Assembly: GCA_049320885.1 (NCBI GenBank)
Contig: JBMORA010000029.1
Location: forward strand, 32,001 to 96,000
Length of the DNA stretch: 64,000 nt
Direction: 5' to 3'
Source of the DNA: Thermodesulfobacteriota bacterium
Lineage (GTDB): Bacteria > Desulfobacterota > Desulfobacteria > Desulfobacterales > SURF-7
In this document: one piece after another, positions 1-9,565 of the stretch
Numbering within the stretch: position 1 is the stretch's first letter
How the letters are laid out: each line of letters starts with the position of its first letter
Notes under the pieces: model-generated
What the model was told of the DNA's origin: nothing
Database searches by the model: none
The model's input: the letters and a program-made list of their open reading frames with translations, nothing else
Position numbers and translations under genes: made by a program

Positions 1-314
1 AAACCCCGGCTCCAACGGGAACTCAGGTAGAATTTGTTTTCGGCGTGGGCAGCTGCGGCTTGGCGCCCATCGAATCCAGCCTTCAGGGAAGAAAGGCGGG
101 CGACGAACTGGACTTCCGGCTTCTTCGGGAGGAAATCCGTCCGTTCCTGGGGCATCTTTTCCCGGTGTTCGCCCAGCTGCCATTGACCGCGGAGACCCTC
201 CATCTCTCCATCCGGATCGAGTCCGTCCGCCCGGCCGGGGATCGCGAAATCGTCAAAGCCCTGGCGGGCAACACCGCCTGCGGCGACGGTTGTGATTGCG
301 GCTGCGGCCATTAG
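1..314 (+). CDS. SlyD/FKBP-like protein, 5'-truncated, Cys/His-rich tail
   Basis: Frame is open from the window edge. EFVFGVG..GLAPIESSLQGRKAGDE resembles the FKBP/SlyD core; ends CGDGCDCGCGH. Confidence 0.5.
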   Translation, partial: TPAPTGTQVEFVFGVGSCGLAPIESSLQGRKAGDELDFRLLREEIRPFLGHLFPVFAQLPLTAETLHLSIRIESVRPAGDREIVKALAGNTACGDGCDCGCGH

Positions 315-517
315 CCGTTCCGGTCATTCCCGCCTTTCCTGGTCCATTCCTTCCGCAATTCATCTTTTTCATATCCATCACCCCGAAATCGGTTCGGATT
401 TTGGTTGCAAATATCAGCGTGGAAGGTAAATAGGAAAGGATGATACCGACGCCGGGACGTCCGGGAAGGGTCTGTCGGATCGTTCGGATCGTGCGGCATT
501 ACCGAAAGGAAGGCTTG

Positions 518-2422
518 ATGTACCATCACTATTTCGGATTGAAGGAACGGCCGTTCAAACTCGTGCCCAACCCGGCGTACCTGTATTTAAGCAAAAGCCA
601 CGAGGAGGCGCTGGGGCACTTGAACTATGCTGTCCAGCACGGCGATGGTTTCGTGGAAATCACCGGCGAGGCCGGCACGGGTAAGACCACCGTCTGCCGG
701 ATGTTTCTGGAAAACCTGGATGAACGGACGGAGGCGGCCTACATTTTCAATCCCAAACTGGATTCGCTGCAGCTTCTCAAGGCCGTCACCACGGAACTCG
801 GCATGGGGGCGGATGCGGACAACATCAAGGAGTTGATCGATGTCCTGAATGCCTATCTGATGGAATGCAAGACCCAGGGGAAAAATGTCCTGCTCGTGAT
901 CGACGAGGCTCAGAATCTGGACAAGGACGTGCTGGAGCAGTTGCGCCTGCTGTCCAATCTGGAAATGAACGCGGCCAAGCTGATCCAGATCATCCTCGTC
1001 GGGCAGCCGGAACTGACGGAAACTCTTGATTCCTACGAACTCCGGCAGCTATCCCAGCGGATCACTCTGCGGTGCCGGCTCCTGCCCTTGACCCGGAAAG
1101 AAACCGGGGAGTACATCCGCCACCGGTTGAATATCGCCGCCCATGGTCCCAGGGTCAAGTTCACCGGACCGGCCATCCGGGCCATCTACCGCTATTCCCG
1201 GGGTATCCCCCGGCTGATCAGCATTGTCTGCGACCGGGCCTTGCTCACGGCCTACACCATGGAAAAACGCGTCGTCAGCCGCGGCATTGTTCGGAGCGCC
1301 ATCGAAGAAATCAAGGGGAGGGGACAGCGACCGCCGGTCGCCGGTTGGAAGCCGGTCCTGTTGTTCGGCGCTTTGTGCCTGGTCCTGGTATCCCTGGTCC
1401 TGTCACAACCGGGGTTTTTCCCCGCAATGCCTGCCTGGATTCATCCCCGGCAAGGCGCTTCCGCACCTGTTTCGTCGCCCAACACTTCGGGGGTTCCTCT
1501 CCGGGATGGGGACGCAAATGGATTCAAACAGGCCACCGTCCGGTCAAGGCCGGCCGACAAAGGGCTAGGGCTGCCGGCTTCCCACCAGACGCCGCCGGAA
1601 CCAGGGGAACGCCTGGATTCACAACCTGCTCTGAATCATGGAATCGGCAGAGCCGCGGTGTTCGCCGGTTTCGGCGCCGCGGAAACGATCCCGGCGCCGG
1701 AGATTTCGTTGCCGGAACTGCAGGCCATCCTGCGGCGGCTTTCCGCGCGTGCTTCCCGCCGGTCGGCCATTGCCGGGGTTATCGGGCGCTGGAGCCGTAC
1801 CGCCGAAATAACGCACTATCTCGACTCGGTGGAAGATGATCGGGAGTTCTTTACGCTGGCGGCCAAGCAGAACGGCCTGACGACCGTACGCATGAAAACG
1901 GATCTGGCGGCCCTGTATCGGATCAATCTGCCGGTGGTCCTGGAACTGCGCCCGGAAGGAGAAATGACGCCCCGGTATCTCGGAGTGACCCGGGGTTACG
2001 GAAACCGGCTGGTCATTATGCTCGACACGGGTCCGGTGGCGGTGGCAGCGGCTGATCTCGCCGGCTTCTGGACGGGCGTGGCGGTGATCCCCTGGAAGAA
2101 TTTTTACAATTACGCCGGGTTGATTCCCATCAACGCTCCCCAGGATACGATTCGGACTTTCAAGATGCATCTGAAGGAAATCGGCCATGCGGAGGATGAC
2201 CTGGAGCCGGTTTATACCGACACCACCCGGCAACTGGTGACAAAAATCCAGAAGGAACAAGGCCTGACAGAGGATGGGGTCGCCGGTCCCCTGACCTACA
2301 TCGCCCTTTACAATGCCACGCCTTCCCTTCCGATGCCCCATTTATGGGAAGAAACAGGCGGATCCCGGAGGTTCGAGGATATGAACCCGGATCGGGGAAT
2401 GGAGCCGCCGGAGAGAAGGTGA
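518..2422 (+). CDS. exeA: ExeA/GspA-family AAA ATPase with C-terminal peptidoglycan-binding domain
   Basis: MYHHYFGLKERPF start after an AAGGAAGG RBS; Walker A GEAGTGKT; Walker B VIDEAQ; a TM segment; C-terminal QKEQGLTEDGVAGPLT PG-binding motif. Confidence 0.85.
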   Translation: MYHHYFGLKERPFKLVPNPAYLYLSKSHEEALGHLNYAVQHGDGFVEITGEAGTGKTTVCRMFLENLDERTEAAYIFNPKLDSLQLLKAVTTELGMGADADNIKELIDVLNAYLMECKTQGKNVLLVIDEAQNLDKDVLEQLRLLSNLEMNAAKLIQIILVGQPELTETLDSYELRQLSQRITLRCRLLPLTRKETGEYIRHRLNIAAHGPRVKFTGPAIRAIYRYSRGIPRLISIVCDRALLTAYTMEKRVVSRGIVRSAIEEIKGRGQRPPVAGWKPVLLFGALCLVLVSLVLSQPGFFPAMPAWIHPRQGASAPVSSPNTSGVPLRDGDANGFKQATVRSRPADKGLGLPASHQTPPEPGERLDSQPALNHGIGRAAVFAGFGAAETIPAPEISLPELQAILRRLSARASRRSAIAGVIGRWSRTAEITHYLDSVEDDREFFTLAAKQNGLTTVRMKTDLAALYRINLPVVLELRPEGEMTPRYLGVTRGYGNRLVIMLDTGPVAVAAADLAGFWTGVAVIPWKNFYNYAGLIPINAPQDTIRTFKMHLKEIGHAEDDLEPVYTDTTRQLVTKIQKEQGLTEDGVAGPLTYIALYNATPSLPMPHLWEETGGSRRFEDMNPDRGMEPPERR

Positions 2423-2450
2423 CCGGTTTGTCTGCAAAGGATTGGATACC

Positions 2451-3140
2451 GTGAGCGTAATATTGAAAGCACTGAAAAAACTGGAAACGGACAACGACGG
2501 GAAGGGCGGGGCACATCCCTGGCCGGACCCTGTCCAGGCCAGAAGAAAGGAAATCCGGTTGAGCAGGCGTCATTTGTGGTGGCTGCCGGCCCTGTTTGCC
2601 CTTTCCGCCGGAGCATTTTTTCTCCTGGGACGCTGGGAAGTCGGTCCCCAGGGGCATCCACCGCCGGCCCCGGATTCCGTGAAAAACAACATGCCCGGTC
2701 CTATGGAAACAAGGAATCTTTCAGCCGGTCCCGAACCTGTTTTCCCCCAGGCGCCCCCATCGGCAAGGCCACTGGTTTCTCCTGGAACCGGACCGTCGCC
2801 GACCATGGTTTTGGAGTCGCCGGCGCGCGAGCCCGCGCCCCCGGCCATGGAAAAAACACGGCTGTTGGAAATGGCCGCTGAACCGGCAACAACGCCGGTG
2901 CGGCCGCAGTCGGCCAAGCCGGACCAGCAGACGCCCCGGGTGGACGACCGGCGCATCACCCTGCAGGCCATCGCCTGGTCGGAAGATCCCGCGCGACGAT
3001 TCGCCGTGGTCAACGAGCGCATCGCCCGGGAGCAGCAGACCATCGACGGCATCACCCTGGTGCGCATCGAGAAGAACGGGATTTGTTTTCGCGAGGGGGG
3101 CAAGGAATGGATTCAGCCCTTTTACGGACGGCAGCAATAA
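2451..3140 (+). CDS. ExeB/GspB-family protein
   Basis: GTG start gives MSVILKALKKLE; one TM, Pro-rich linker, C-terminal LQAIAWSEDPARRFAVVN; directly follows exeA. Confidence 0.75.
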   Translation: MSVILKALKKLETDNDGKGGAHPWPDPVQARRKEIRLSRRHLWWLPALFALSAGAFFLLGRWEVGPQGHPPPAPDSVKNNMPGPMETRNLSAGPEPVFPQAPPSARPLVSPGTGPSPTMVLESPAREPAPPAMEKTRLLEMAAEPATTPVRPQSAKPDQQTPRVDDRRITLQAIAWSEDPARRFAVVNERIAREQQTIDGITLVRIEKNGICFREGGKEWIQPFYGRQQ

Positions 3141-3158
3141 CCCGTTGCTCCCCTGCCG

Positions 3159-3890
3159 TTACAGGATCTGGCTGAGAAACAGCTTGGTCCGGTCGTGGGT
3201 GGGATTGGTGAAAAAATGTTCGGGGGTCCCCTCCTCCATGATGGCTCCCTGGTCCATGAAGATCACCCGGTCGGCCACTTCGCGGGCAAAGCCCATCTCA
3301 TGGGTGACCACCACCATGGTCATTCCTTCCTTGGCCAGGGTTTTCATGACATCCAGCACTTCGCCGATCATTTCCGGGTCCAGGGCCGAGGTCGGCTCGT
3401 CAAACAGCATGATCTTGGGATCCATGGCAAGGGCCCGGGCAATGGCCACCCGCTGCTGCTGGCCGCCGGAAAGCTGGTCCGGAAACACGTTGGCCTTGTC
3501 CGCAATGCCCACTTTCTGCAGCAGGGACATGGCTTTTTGGTCCGCCTCCGCTTTCGAGCGCTTGCGTACAACCCGCTGGGCCAGGGTGATGTTGGCCATG
3601 ACGCATTTATGGGGAAACAGGTTGAAGGACTGAAAGACCATGCCAACTTCGGCCCGGACGGCGTTGATGTTGGTCTTGGGATCCAGAATGTCGATGCCGT
3701 CGATGATGATGTGCCCCCTGTCCGCGGTCTCCAGTTGATTCAGGCAACGCAGCAGGGTGCTTTTGCCGGAACCGGAGGGGCCGATGACAACCACCACTTC
3801 GCCGGCCTGGATCTGGCAGGAGACATTGACCAGGGCATTGACCCGATGGGGCACCATAAACGTCTTGTAGAGGTTGCGGACTTCAATCAC
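3159..3890 (-). CDS. Polar amino acid ABC transporter ATP-binding protein (GlnQ-like)
   Basis: [36 protein letters not shown]. Confidence 0.95.
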   Translation of the reverse strand: MIEVRNLYKTFMVPHRVNALVNVSCQIQAGEVVVVIGPSGSGKSTLLRCLNQLETADRGHIIIDGIDILDPKTNINAVRAEVGMVFQSFNLFPHKCVMANITLAQRVVRKRSKAEADQKAMSLLQKVGIADKANVFPDQLSGGQQQRVAIARALAMDPKIMLFDEPTSALDPEMIGEVLDVMKTLAKEGMTMVVVTHEMGFAREVADRVIFMDQGAIMEEGTPEHFFTNPTHDRTKLFLSQIL

Positions 3891-4909
3891 TGGTTGAGCA
3901 TTCTCCTCTCAATATATTGTAAAAACATGGATAATGAAAAAGTGAGCACCAGGTAGAGCAGGGCGCAGACAAACCACATTTCAAAGGCCTGGAAATTGGT
4001 GGTGGTGATTTCGCGGGTGGCTTTGGAAAGTTCCCGGATGGAGATGATGCCGAGGAGCGATGAATCCTTGATCAGGCTGATGAATTGGCCGGCCAGGGGC
4101 GGGATGATCCTTCTGAAGGCCTGGGGCAGAATGATATGAATCATGCTTTGCACATAGGTCATGCCAAGGGACCGGGAGGCCTCGCTCTGCCCCCTGTGAA
4201 TGGATTGAATGCCGGCCCGGACGATTTCCGCGACATAGGCGCCCACAAAACTCGCCAGGGAGGCAACGCCGTACCATAAGGGTTCAATCTGCGAAAGCCC
4301 GTTGTTCGCGAGCAGGGTGTTGATCAAGGTGCCCAGCACAAAGTACCAGATGAAAATCTGCACCAGCAGCGGCGAACCCCGGATCAACTCAATATAGGCG
4401 ATGGTGGTCCATCTCAGGGCCGGATTGTCCGATATCCTGGCCAGCCCGGCGAAAAGACCCAGGAGGATGCCGAAAATGATGGCGATGAAGCTGACTTTCA
4501 GGGTGATCCAAAGTCCCTGCATCAGAATCCCGGCCTTCCACTGGGAATGGGTGGCCAGCAGATCGCCGGGATACACCTGATCGCCTTTTTCAACCCGGAG
4601 GGAATCGTTCGGAGCCCGATGAATCACCGAGTTGCCGCCGGCACCGGTGACGCGGATGACGGTGCCTCCATCCACTTTCGTGATTTCCGAGACTTCTCCC
4701 TTGATTTCGGACTTGATGTCGATCTTATCGTGGAAGACAAAGTACTGGGGAATTTTATACCATCGCCAGACATAATCGATCTGGATGGTGGCGTAATACA
4801 GCATCCAGACGGCGGCGCCGACAATGCCGAAAAACAGAAGCACGGACAGAAGATAATTCCGGTCCTTTTTCCGTTTCAGTCGGTGCAACAGATTGGCTAT
4901 TTGCAGCAT
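3887..4909 (-). CDS. Polar amino acid ABC transporter permease (HisM/GlnP family) with extracytoplasmic insert
   Basis: [16 protein letters not shown] loop [19 protein letters not shown] at 4909 preferred over the longer ORF start. Confidence 0.9.
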   Translation of the reverse strand: MLQIANLLHRLKRKKDRNYLLSVLLFFGIVGAAVWMLYYATIQIDYVWRWYKIPQYFVFHDKIDIKSEIKGEVSEITKVDGGTVIRVTGAGGNSVIHRAPNDSLRVEKGDQVYPGDLLATHSQWKAGILMQGLWITLKVSFIAIIFGILLGLFAGLARISDNPALRWTTIAYIELIRGSPLLVQIFIWYFVLGTLINTLLANNGLSQIEPLWYGVASLASFVGAYVAEIVRAGIQSIHRGQSEASRSLGMTYVQSMIHIILPQAFRRIIPPLAGQFISLIKDSSLLGIISIRELSKATREITTTNFQAFEMWFVCALLYLVLTFSLSMFLQYIERRMLNQ

Positions 4910-4938
4910 ACAGGTTCGTTCCGGCAGGTTCGGATCAG

Positions 4939-4972
4939 GCGGATCGGCCCGCCATCCACAGGGCCGATCCGC
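4939..4972. other. Perfect 12-bp stem hairpin between binding-protein and permease genes
   Basis: GCGGATCGGCCC, 10-nt loop, GGGCCGATCCGC; no U-tract. Confidence 0.6.
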
Positions 4973-5050
4973 TGTCGGTTGCTGGTTTCCGCCCGTCAAC
5001 GGGCAGGGGGACTGTCTCAAAAAGGCGTTGCCGCGTTTCCGTTTTCCGCC

Positions 5051-5965
5051 CTATTTGATGTTCTGGTACCAGTCCGTGCTGAGAATCCATTTGTTGTACA
5101 GGGCCTCGTAACGGCCGTCGTTTTTATACTGACGCAGGAAATTGTTCAGCCAATTCAGAAAATCCGGATCACCCTTGCGGATGGCCCAGGCCAAGGGCTC
5201 ATAGGTGAAGGGCTCATCGAGAAAAATCAGTTTGTCGGCGCCTTGTTCGGCCATGAACACAACGCAGTTGGGTTTGTCATAGACATAGGCGTCGGCTTTT
5301 CCGGTTACAACTTCCAGCGCGGCCTCACTTTCGGTTTCAAAGGATTTGTAAGTGCAGTTGGGGATGTGTTTTTTCACCGCCTGTTCCCCGGTGGTGCCGA
5401 GCTTGGAGGTCACTATGAATTCAGGGGCGTTCAGATCCTTGTAGGATTTGACCTTGTCCTTGTTCCTGGGGTTCAAGAGGATGGTCTGACCGACGACAAT
5501 GTAGGGATCGGCGAAATTGATTTTGAGATTGCGTTCCTGGGTGACGGTCATCCCGCTCATGATGATATCGAATTTGTCGGTGAGCAGGGCCGGAATGATG
5601 CCGTCCCAGGCGGTATTGACCGGCACAAATTTCACTCCCAGGGCCTTGGCCATCTCTTCGGCCATGTCGATGTCGAACCCCACGAATTGTCCCTTTTTAT
5701 CGGCCATCTCGAACGGCATGTACCCCGCCTCGAAGCCCACCCGCAGTTCGCCGCGTTTCATGATGCCCTCGAGGGTTGACTGCATCACCATGTCCATACG
5801 GGCGGATGAACCGGATTGCTTGCTCAGGGCTTTTTCAACGGCCTTGTCAATGGCATCCTGGTCCAGCTGGGCCTTGTTCTGGTCCTGAACGCCGCAGCCC
5901 ATGAACAGTGCGCAAATCAGCAAAAAAGAAACCGACAACCCCATCCGACGCAATTGTTTTTTCAT
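5051..5965 (-). CDS. Amino acid ABC transporter substrate-binding lipoprotein (SBP_bac_3)
   Basis: Lipobox-like LFMGC; GELRVG..AGYMPFE, GFDID, WDGIIPALLTDKFDII, GMTVTQER. Confidence 0.9.
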   Translation of the reverse strand: MKKQLRRMGLSVSFLLICALFMGCGVQDQNKAQLDQDAIDKAVEKALSKQSGSSARMDMVMQSTLEGIMKRGELRVGFEAGYMPFEMADKKGQFVGFDIDMAEEMAKALGVKFVPVNTAWDGIIPALLTDKFDIIMSGMTVTQERNLKINFADPYIVVGQTILLNPRNKDKVKSYKDLNAPEFIVTSKLGTTGEQAVKKHIPNCTYKSFETESEAALEVVTGKADAYVYDKPNCVVFMAEQGADKLIFLDEPFTYEPLAWAIRKGDPDFLNWLNNFLRQYKNDGRYEALYNKWILSTDWYQNIK

Positions 5966-6034
5966 TTACCCCTCCTTCGTGATCAACAGGTTATGCGTAT
6001 CCAACGGCGAACGACCAACAGCATGTCCGGATTT

Positions 6035-6184
6035 TCAATATGACTTCCCCTCGTCCAGCAGTTCGCTGATCACCATGCGGATTCTGCAGACAGGGCAGAG
6101 AGGAATCTCTTCCTTGGGAAGATAAACAATTTCGGTTCGCTGGCATTTCGGGCATTTCACTTCAACCGGCTCGTCCTTGCGCAT
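6035..6184 (-). CDS. Small (49 aa) zinc-ribbon protein with two CxxC motifs
   Basis: MRKDEPVEVKCPKC...CPVC...; AAGGGA RBS upstream of the ATG at 6184. Confidence 0.7.
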   Translation of the reverse strand: MRKDEPVEVKCPKCQRTEIVYLPKEEIPLCPVCRIRMVISELLDEGKSY

Positions 6185-6305
6185 GGTAATTCCCTTTTTT
6201 AAGCGGTCCTCGTCCGCTGTGTTCATGGGCGGATGGTTTTTCCGGCCCCTGCCCCGAAATATCGGACAGCGGCTCTTCCCGGAAATCGATACGGCGAACA
6301 GTCCG

Positions 6306-6334
6306 TTAATAGAAGATCGGCCGCCCGAGGTCAA
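6306..6334 (-). promoter_or_regulatory. Candidate sigma70 promoter for the Zn-ribbon/ABC genes
   Basis: TTGACC-17 nt-TATTAA on the minus strand. Confidence 0.35.
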
Positions 6335-6490
6335 GTAAAATGCTTCATGATTCCATCTTGTTTCGGCGGGGGGCGGGCATTTCAGCGGCAAAAGGATTTT
6401 TTCCATGTTGATCTTAGGGATAATCCGGGATAGGGTTGCCCTACGGTATCCGGTTTCACTGATAAAACAGTTCAAAGGAGTTTGCGGCTC

Positions 6491-7396
6491 ATGCGCTTTC
6501 AAAACGTAGCGGATGTTCAGGTCTGCCTGGCGGGAGCGAATTACATTGCTTCCCGGGAGGTGGCGACGGTTGTTTTTCTCGCGGAGGCGACCCGGAAACC
6601 CTTGCTGGTGGAGGGGCCAGCCGGTGTCGGCAAGACCGAACTCGCCAAGGCCGTGGCCCGGACCTTCAACCGAAAATTGATTCGGCTGCAATGTTATGAA
6701 GGCCTGGATGAAGCCAAGGCCCTCTATGAATGGGAATACGCCAAGCAGCTTTTATACACCCAGATCGTCAAGGAAAAAATCCAGGATGTGATCTCCGACG
6801 CCGCTTCACTGGCGGAAGCCGTGGATAAAATCGCCGAACAGGAAGACGCCTTCTTCTCCGAGCGTTTTATCCAGACGCGGCCCCTGCTTGCGGCCATCAG
6901 TTCGGAAGATCCGGTGGTGCTCCTGATCGACGAAGTCGATAAATCGGATCCGGAATTCGAAGCCTTTCTGCTGGAGCTGTTAAGCGATTTCCAGGTGTCC
7001 ATACCCGAACTGGGCACCCGCAAGGCGATCCATATCCCCTTTGTCGTGTTGACTTCCAACAATTACAGGGATATGAGCGATGCCTTGAAGCGCCGCTGCA
7101 TCCATCTCTACATCGATTATCCCGATCGGGAAATGGAAGCGCGGATCGTGCAGATGAAAATCCCCGGGATTCAGCGGCTCCTGGCGGAAAAACTGGTGGA
7201 CACCATCACCCGGATCCGGGAGCTGGATTTGAAAAAACGTCCCTCCATTTCCGAAACCCTGGACTGGGCCAGATCGCTACTGGCCCTGGAGGTTACGGAA
7301 ATATCTCCGGAAATCGTGGCGGATACCGTGAATGTTATCTGCAAATACCGGGTGGATACGGAACTGGTGAAGCGTTCGCTGCCCAAGCTGGTGTGA
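6491..7396 (+). CDS. MoxR-family AAA+ ATPase (CoxD-like)
   Basis: GPAGVGKT, LQCYEGLDEAKALYEW, LLIDEVDK, ALKRRC; AAAGGAG RBS. Confidence 0.9.
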   Translation: MRFQNVADVQVCLAGANYIASREVATVVFLAEATRKPLLVEGPAGVGKTELAKAVARTFNRKLIRLQCYEGLDEAKALYEWEYAKQLLYTQIVKEKIQDVISDAASLAEAVDKIAEQEDAFFSERFIQTRPLLAAISSEDPVVLLIDEVDKSDPEFEAFLLELLSDFQVSIPELGTRKAIHIPFVVLTSNNYRDMSDALKRRCIHLYIDYPDREMEARIVQMKIPGIQRLLAEKLVDTITRIRELDLKKRPSISETLDWARSLLALEVTEISPEIVADTVNVICKYRVDTELVKRSLPKLV

Positions 7397-7411
7397 ACGG
7401 ACAACCGCCCC

Positions 7412-8800
7412 ATGGTCAACCTGATCCTGAAATTCGCCGCTTTTTGCCGGGCCTCGGACCTGAAGGTCTCCACTTCGGAAGTGCTGGATTGTCTCCGGCA
7501 TCTTTCCCTGGTGGACTTCATCGAGGAGTCCCAATTCAAAACCGCCTTGAAAACGAACTTTGTCAAGAGCCGCCGGGATCAACCGCATTTCGACCGGTTG
7601 TATGCGCTGTTTTTCCATCAGTTACGCCTCGAGGAACCGGAAACCCATCCGGAAACCTCCGGCCCCGGACCGCGGGAAGAACTGCTTGCCGCCCTGGGTG
7701 AAACCGCAGAGCGGGATCCCTTGACCGATGCCGTGGTGGATTTTCTGAAAGGAGATCCCATCGCTTTCATGGAGCTTCTGCGGCGCATCCAGACCCGGGA
7801 GCAGGAGTCCTCCCGGGCGGTCAAATCCAACCTGGGTGTTCTGTCCGGACGTCTGGAAGTCATGCTCAAGCTGAACCAGATGCGCGGACGGATCATGCAG
7901 CTGATCGAAGGGCGGGGGGAGGGGCCGGAAGGATCGGGACAACCCGGGAAGCTGCGGGACTATTTTCATCGCCGGCTGGAAACCGCTTTTTCCATGATCA
8001 CGGATGAAAAAAAGCCCCGCAATGACGGTCTCCATCAGGTCAAGGCGGACGATTTGTCCGGTCCGGGAATCGGGGAAAAATTTTTTTCCTCCTTGACCCG
8101 CAAGGAAGTGGAGGACATGCGGGAGGTCATCGCCCAGCTGGTCCGCCGCATGAAGGACATGGTTACCAGAAGATGGGCCAAGAAGAGCCGGGGAATATTG
8201 GACGTCAAAAAAACCCTGAGACGGGCGGGGCGCTTCCAGGGGGTGCCCATCGAGGTTGTTTACAAGAAGCGCCCGCCCCGCAAGGGGAAAATCGTCACCC
8301 TTTGCGATGTGTCCGGTTCCGTCTGGGCCGCGGCCCGCTTCATGCTCAACATGATCTATTCGCTGCAGGACTGCTTCAGCCAGGTGCGGAGCTTTGTGTT
8401 TGTGGCCGAACTTGCCGAGATCACCAAGATCTTCGAGAAATTCGACGTGAACGAAGCCATTGAAAAAGTCATGACCGAGGCTGGCATCAATTACCAGGCG
8501 CTCACCGACTATGGCGAGATGCTGTCGCGGTTTCACCGGGATCACATGCATGTCCTCAACAAGAAAACCACTTTCATCATCGTGGGCGACGGCCGATCGA
8601 ACTACTTCAGCCCCCGTGAACATATCCTGGATGAAATCCGGGAGAAATGCCGGCGGGTGATTTGGCTCAACCCCGAGTCCGAGCGTTTCTGGTCGGACGG
8701 CGACAGCGAGATGCACACCTATACGGCTTATTGCCATGAAGTGCGTCCCTGCCAGAATCTGAAGCAGCTGACGGCCTTCATCGAGGAACTGATTCTATGA
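7412..8800 (+). CDS. VWA-domain protein (CoxE-like)
   Basis: MIDAS motif DVSGS, TDYG, IVGDGRSN, IWLNPE; follows the MoxR ATPase. Confidence 0.85.
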   Translation: MVNLILKFAAFCRASDLKVSTSEVLDCLRHLSLVDFIEESQFKTALKTNFVKSRRDQPHFDRLYALFFHQLRLEEPETHPETSGPGPREELLAALGETAERDPLTDAVVDFLKGDPIAFMELLRRIQTREQESSRAVKSNLGVLSGRLEVMLKLNQMRGRIMQLIEGRGEGPEGSGQPGKLRDYFHRRLETAFSMITDEKKPRNDGLHQVKADDLSGPGIGEKFFSSLTRKEVEDMREVIAQLVRRMKDMVTRRWAKKSRGILDVKKTLRRAGRFQGVPIEVVYKKRPPRKGKIVTLCDVSGSVWAAARFMLNMIYSLQDCFSQVRSFVFVAELAEITKIFEKFDVNEAIEKVMTEAGINYQALTDYGEMLSRFHRDHMHVLNKKTTFIIVGDGRSNYFSPREHILDEIREKCRRVIWLNPESERFWSDGDSEMHTYTAYCHEVRPCQNLKQLTAFIEELIL

Positions 8801-8812
8801 TGTGACGGTTTT

Positions 8813-9292
8813 TCAGTGATTGTCGTCGATACGGCGCAAGGCGTCCATGACAAGCTGGAGCGTGTTCATCTTGACGGGAACGATCCAGCGGGTGTCCAGG
8901 TTGGTTTCCCGGAAATGGAACTGACCGCTCTGCAGACAGAACATGCTGAAAATGATTTCCTGGACCTGATTATAGAGATAACGCTCCAGGCTTTCGACGG
9001 AAAGGAATCCTTTCTCGATCAAGGTCTTTCCGATGGCCTGTTTTTTTTCCTTCGAGATCACCAGACAGTCCGTGAGCTGTCCTTCGGTCACCAGTCCGTC
9101 ATTGACCAGGAGTTGTCCCAGCCGTGAGGGTTTCTGGGATTCGATGGCGTACACAATGGCGCCTTCCAGAAAAAAAGTTTGGAACTGCAGTTCGCCTTCC
9201 GTTACGGTGAGGGTGCCTGACTTGCCTTCCTGGCTCAGCAGCTGCAATATTCCGGCCAAGGAAATCGTTCCGATATCGCCTGTAAACGTCAA
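8813..9292 (-). CDS. DUF4388-domain protein with internal MshEN/GspE-N-like motif
   Basis: FTGDIGTISLAGILQLL..EGKSGTL and ..GQFHFRE; RLGQLLVNDGLV motif; TTG start. Confidence 0.8.
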   Translation of the reverse strand: MTFTGDIGTISLAGILQLLSQEGKSGTLTVTEGELQFQTFFLEGAIVYAIESQKPSRLGQLLVNDGLVTEGQLTDCLVISKEKKQAIGKTLIEKGFLSVESLERYLYNQVQEIIFSMFCLQSGQFHFRETNLDTRWIVPVKMNTLQLVMDALRRIDDNH

Positions 9293-9325
9293 TGCGAACT
9301 CCTAGAGATTTACTTTCCATTTCAT

Positions 9326-9354
9326 TTTATAGACGATGGGACCAGCGATGTCAA
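9326..9354 (-). promoter_or_regulatory. Sigma70-type promoter of the DUF4388 gene
   Basis: TTGACA-17 nt-TATAAA on the minus strand, about 35 nt upstream of the start codon. Confidence 0.6.
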
Positions 9355-9565
9355 TCATATGAAAAAAACCGGCACTTAGGATGCCCATGGTATAAGGGCT
9401 TTTCCGCTGGCAAGCCCAGGGCCGTCCTTGGGATTCCTTCCCGTTCCGGTTCTCGCTTCAGGGCGAAAAAGGTTGACTGTCAATGAAAATTGTGTGAATC
9501 GTTAGAGGCCGACCGGAAGGGAGGGCGGGGAAAGGCCGATTGATTTCGTTCAGCAAATCCGTGCT

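Noticed and set aside
5966..6037. TGA stop of the CxxC microprotein as a possible selenocysteine codon
   Set aside because: It is not in a redox-motif position, there is no evident SECIS hairpin, and readthrough gives only a short unremarkable tail.
6185..6691. Upstream part of the 218-aa minus-strand ORF 6035..6691
   Set aside because: It overlaps the MoxR gene antisense and the divergent promoter region; only the last 49 codons have an RBS and a motif.
9370..9385. Sigma54-like CGGCAC-N6-GC element, and a TTGACTGTCAA palindrome at 9473-9483
   Set aside because: Only a partial match to TGGCAC-N5-TTGC, and a short palindrome can arise by chance; no second instance supports either.
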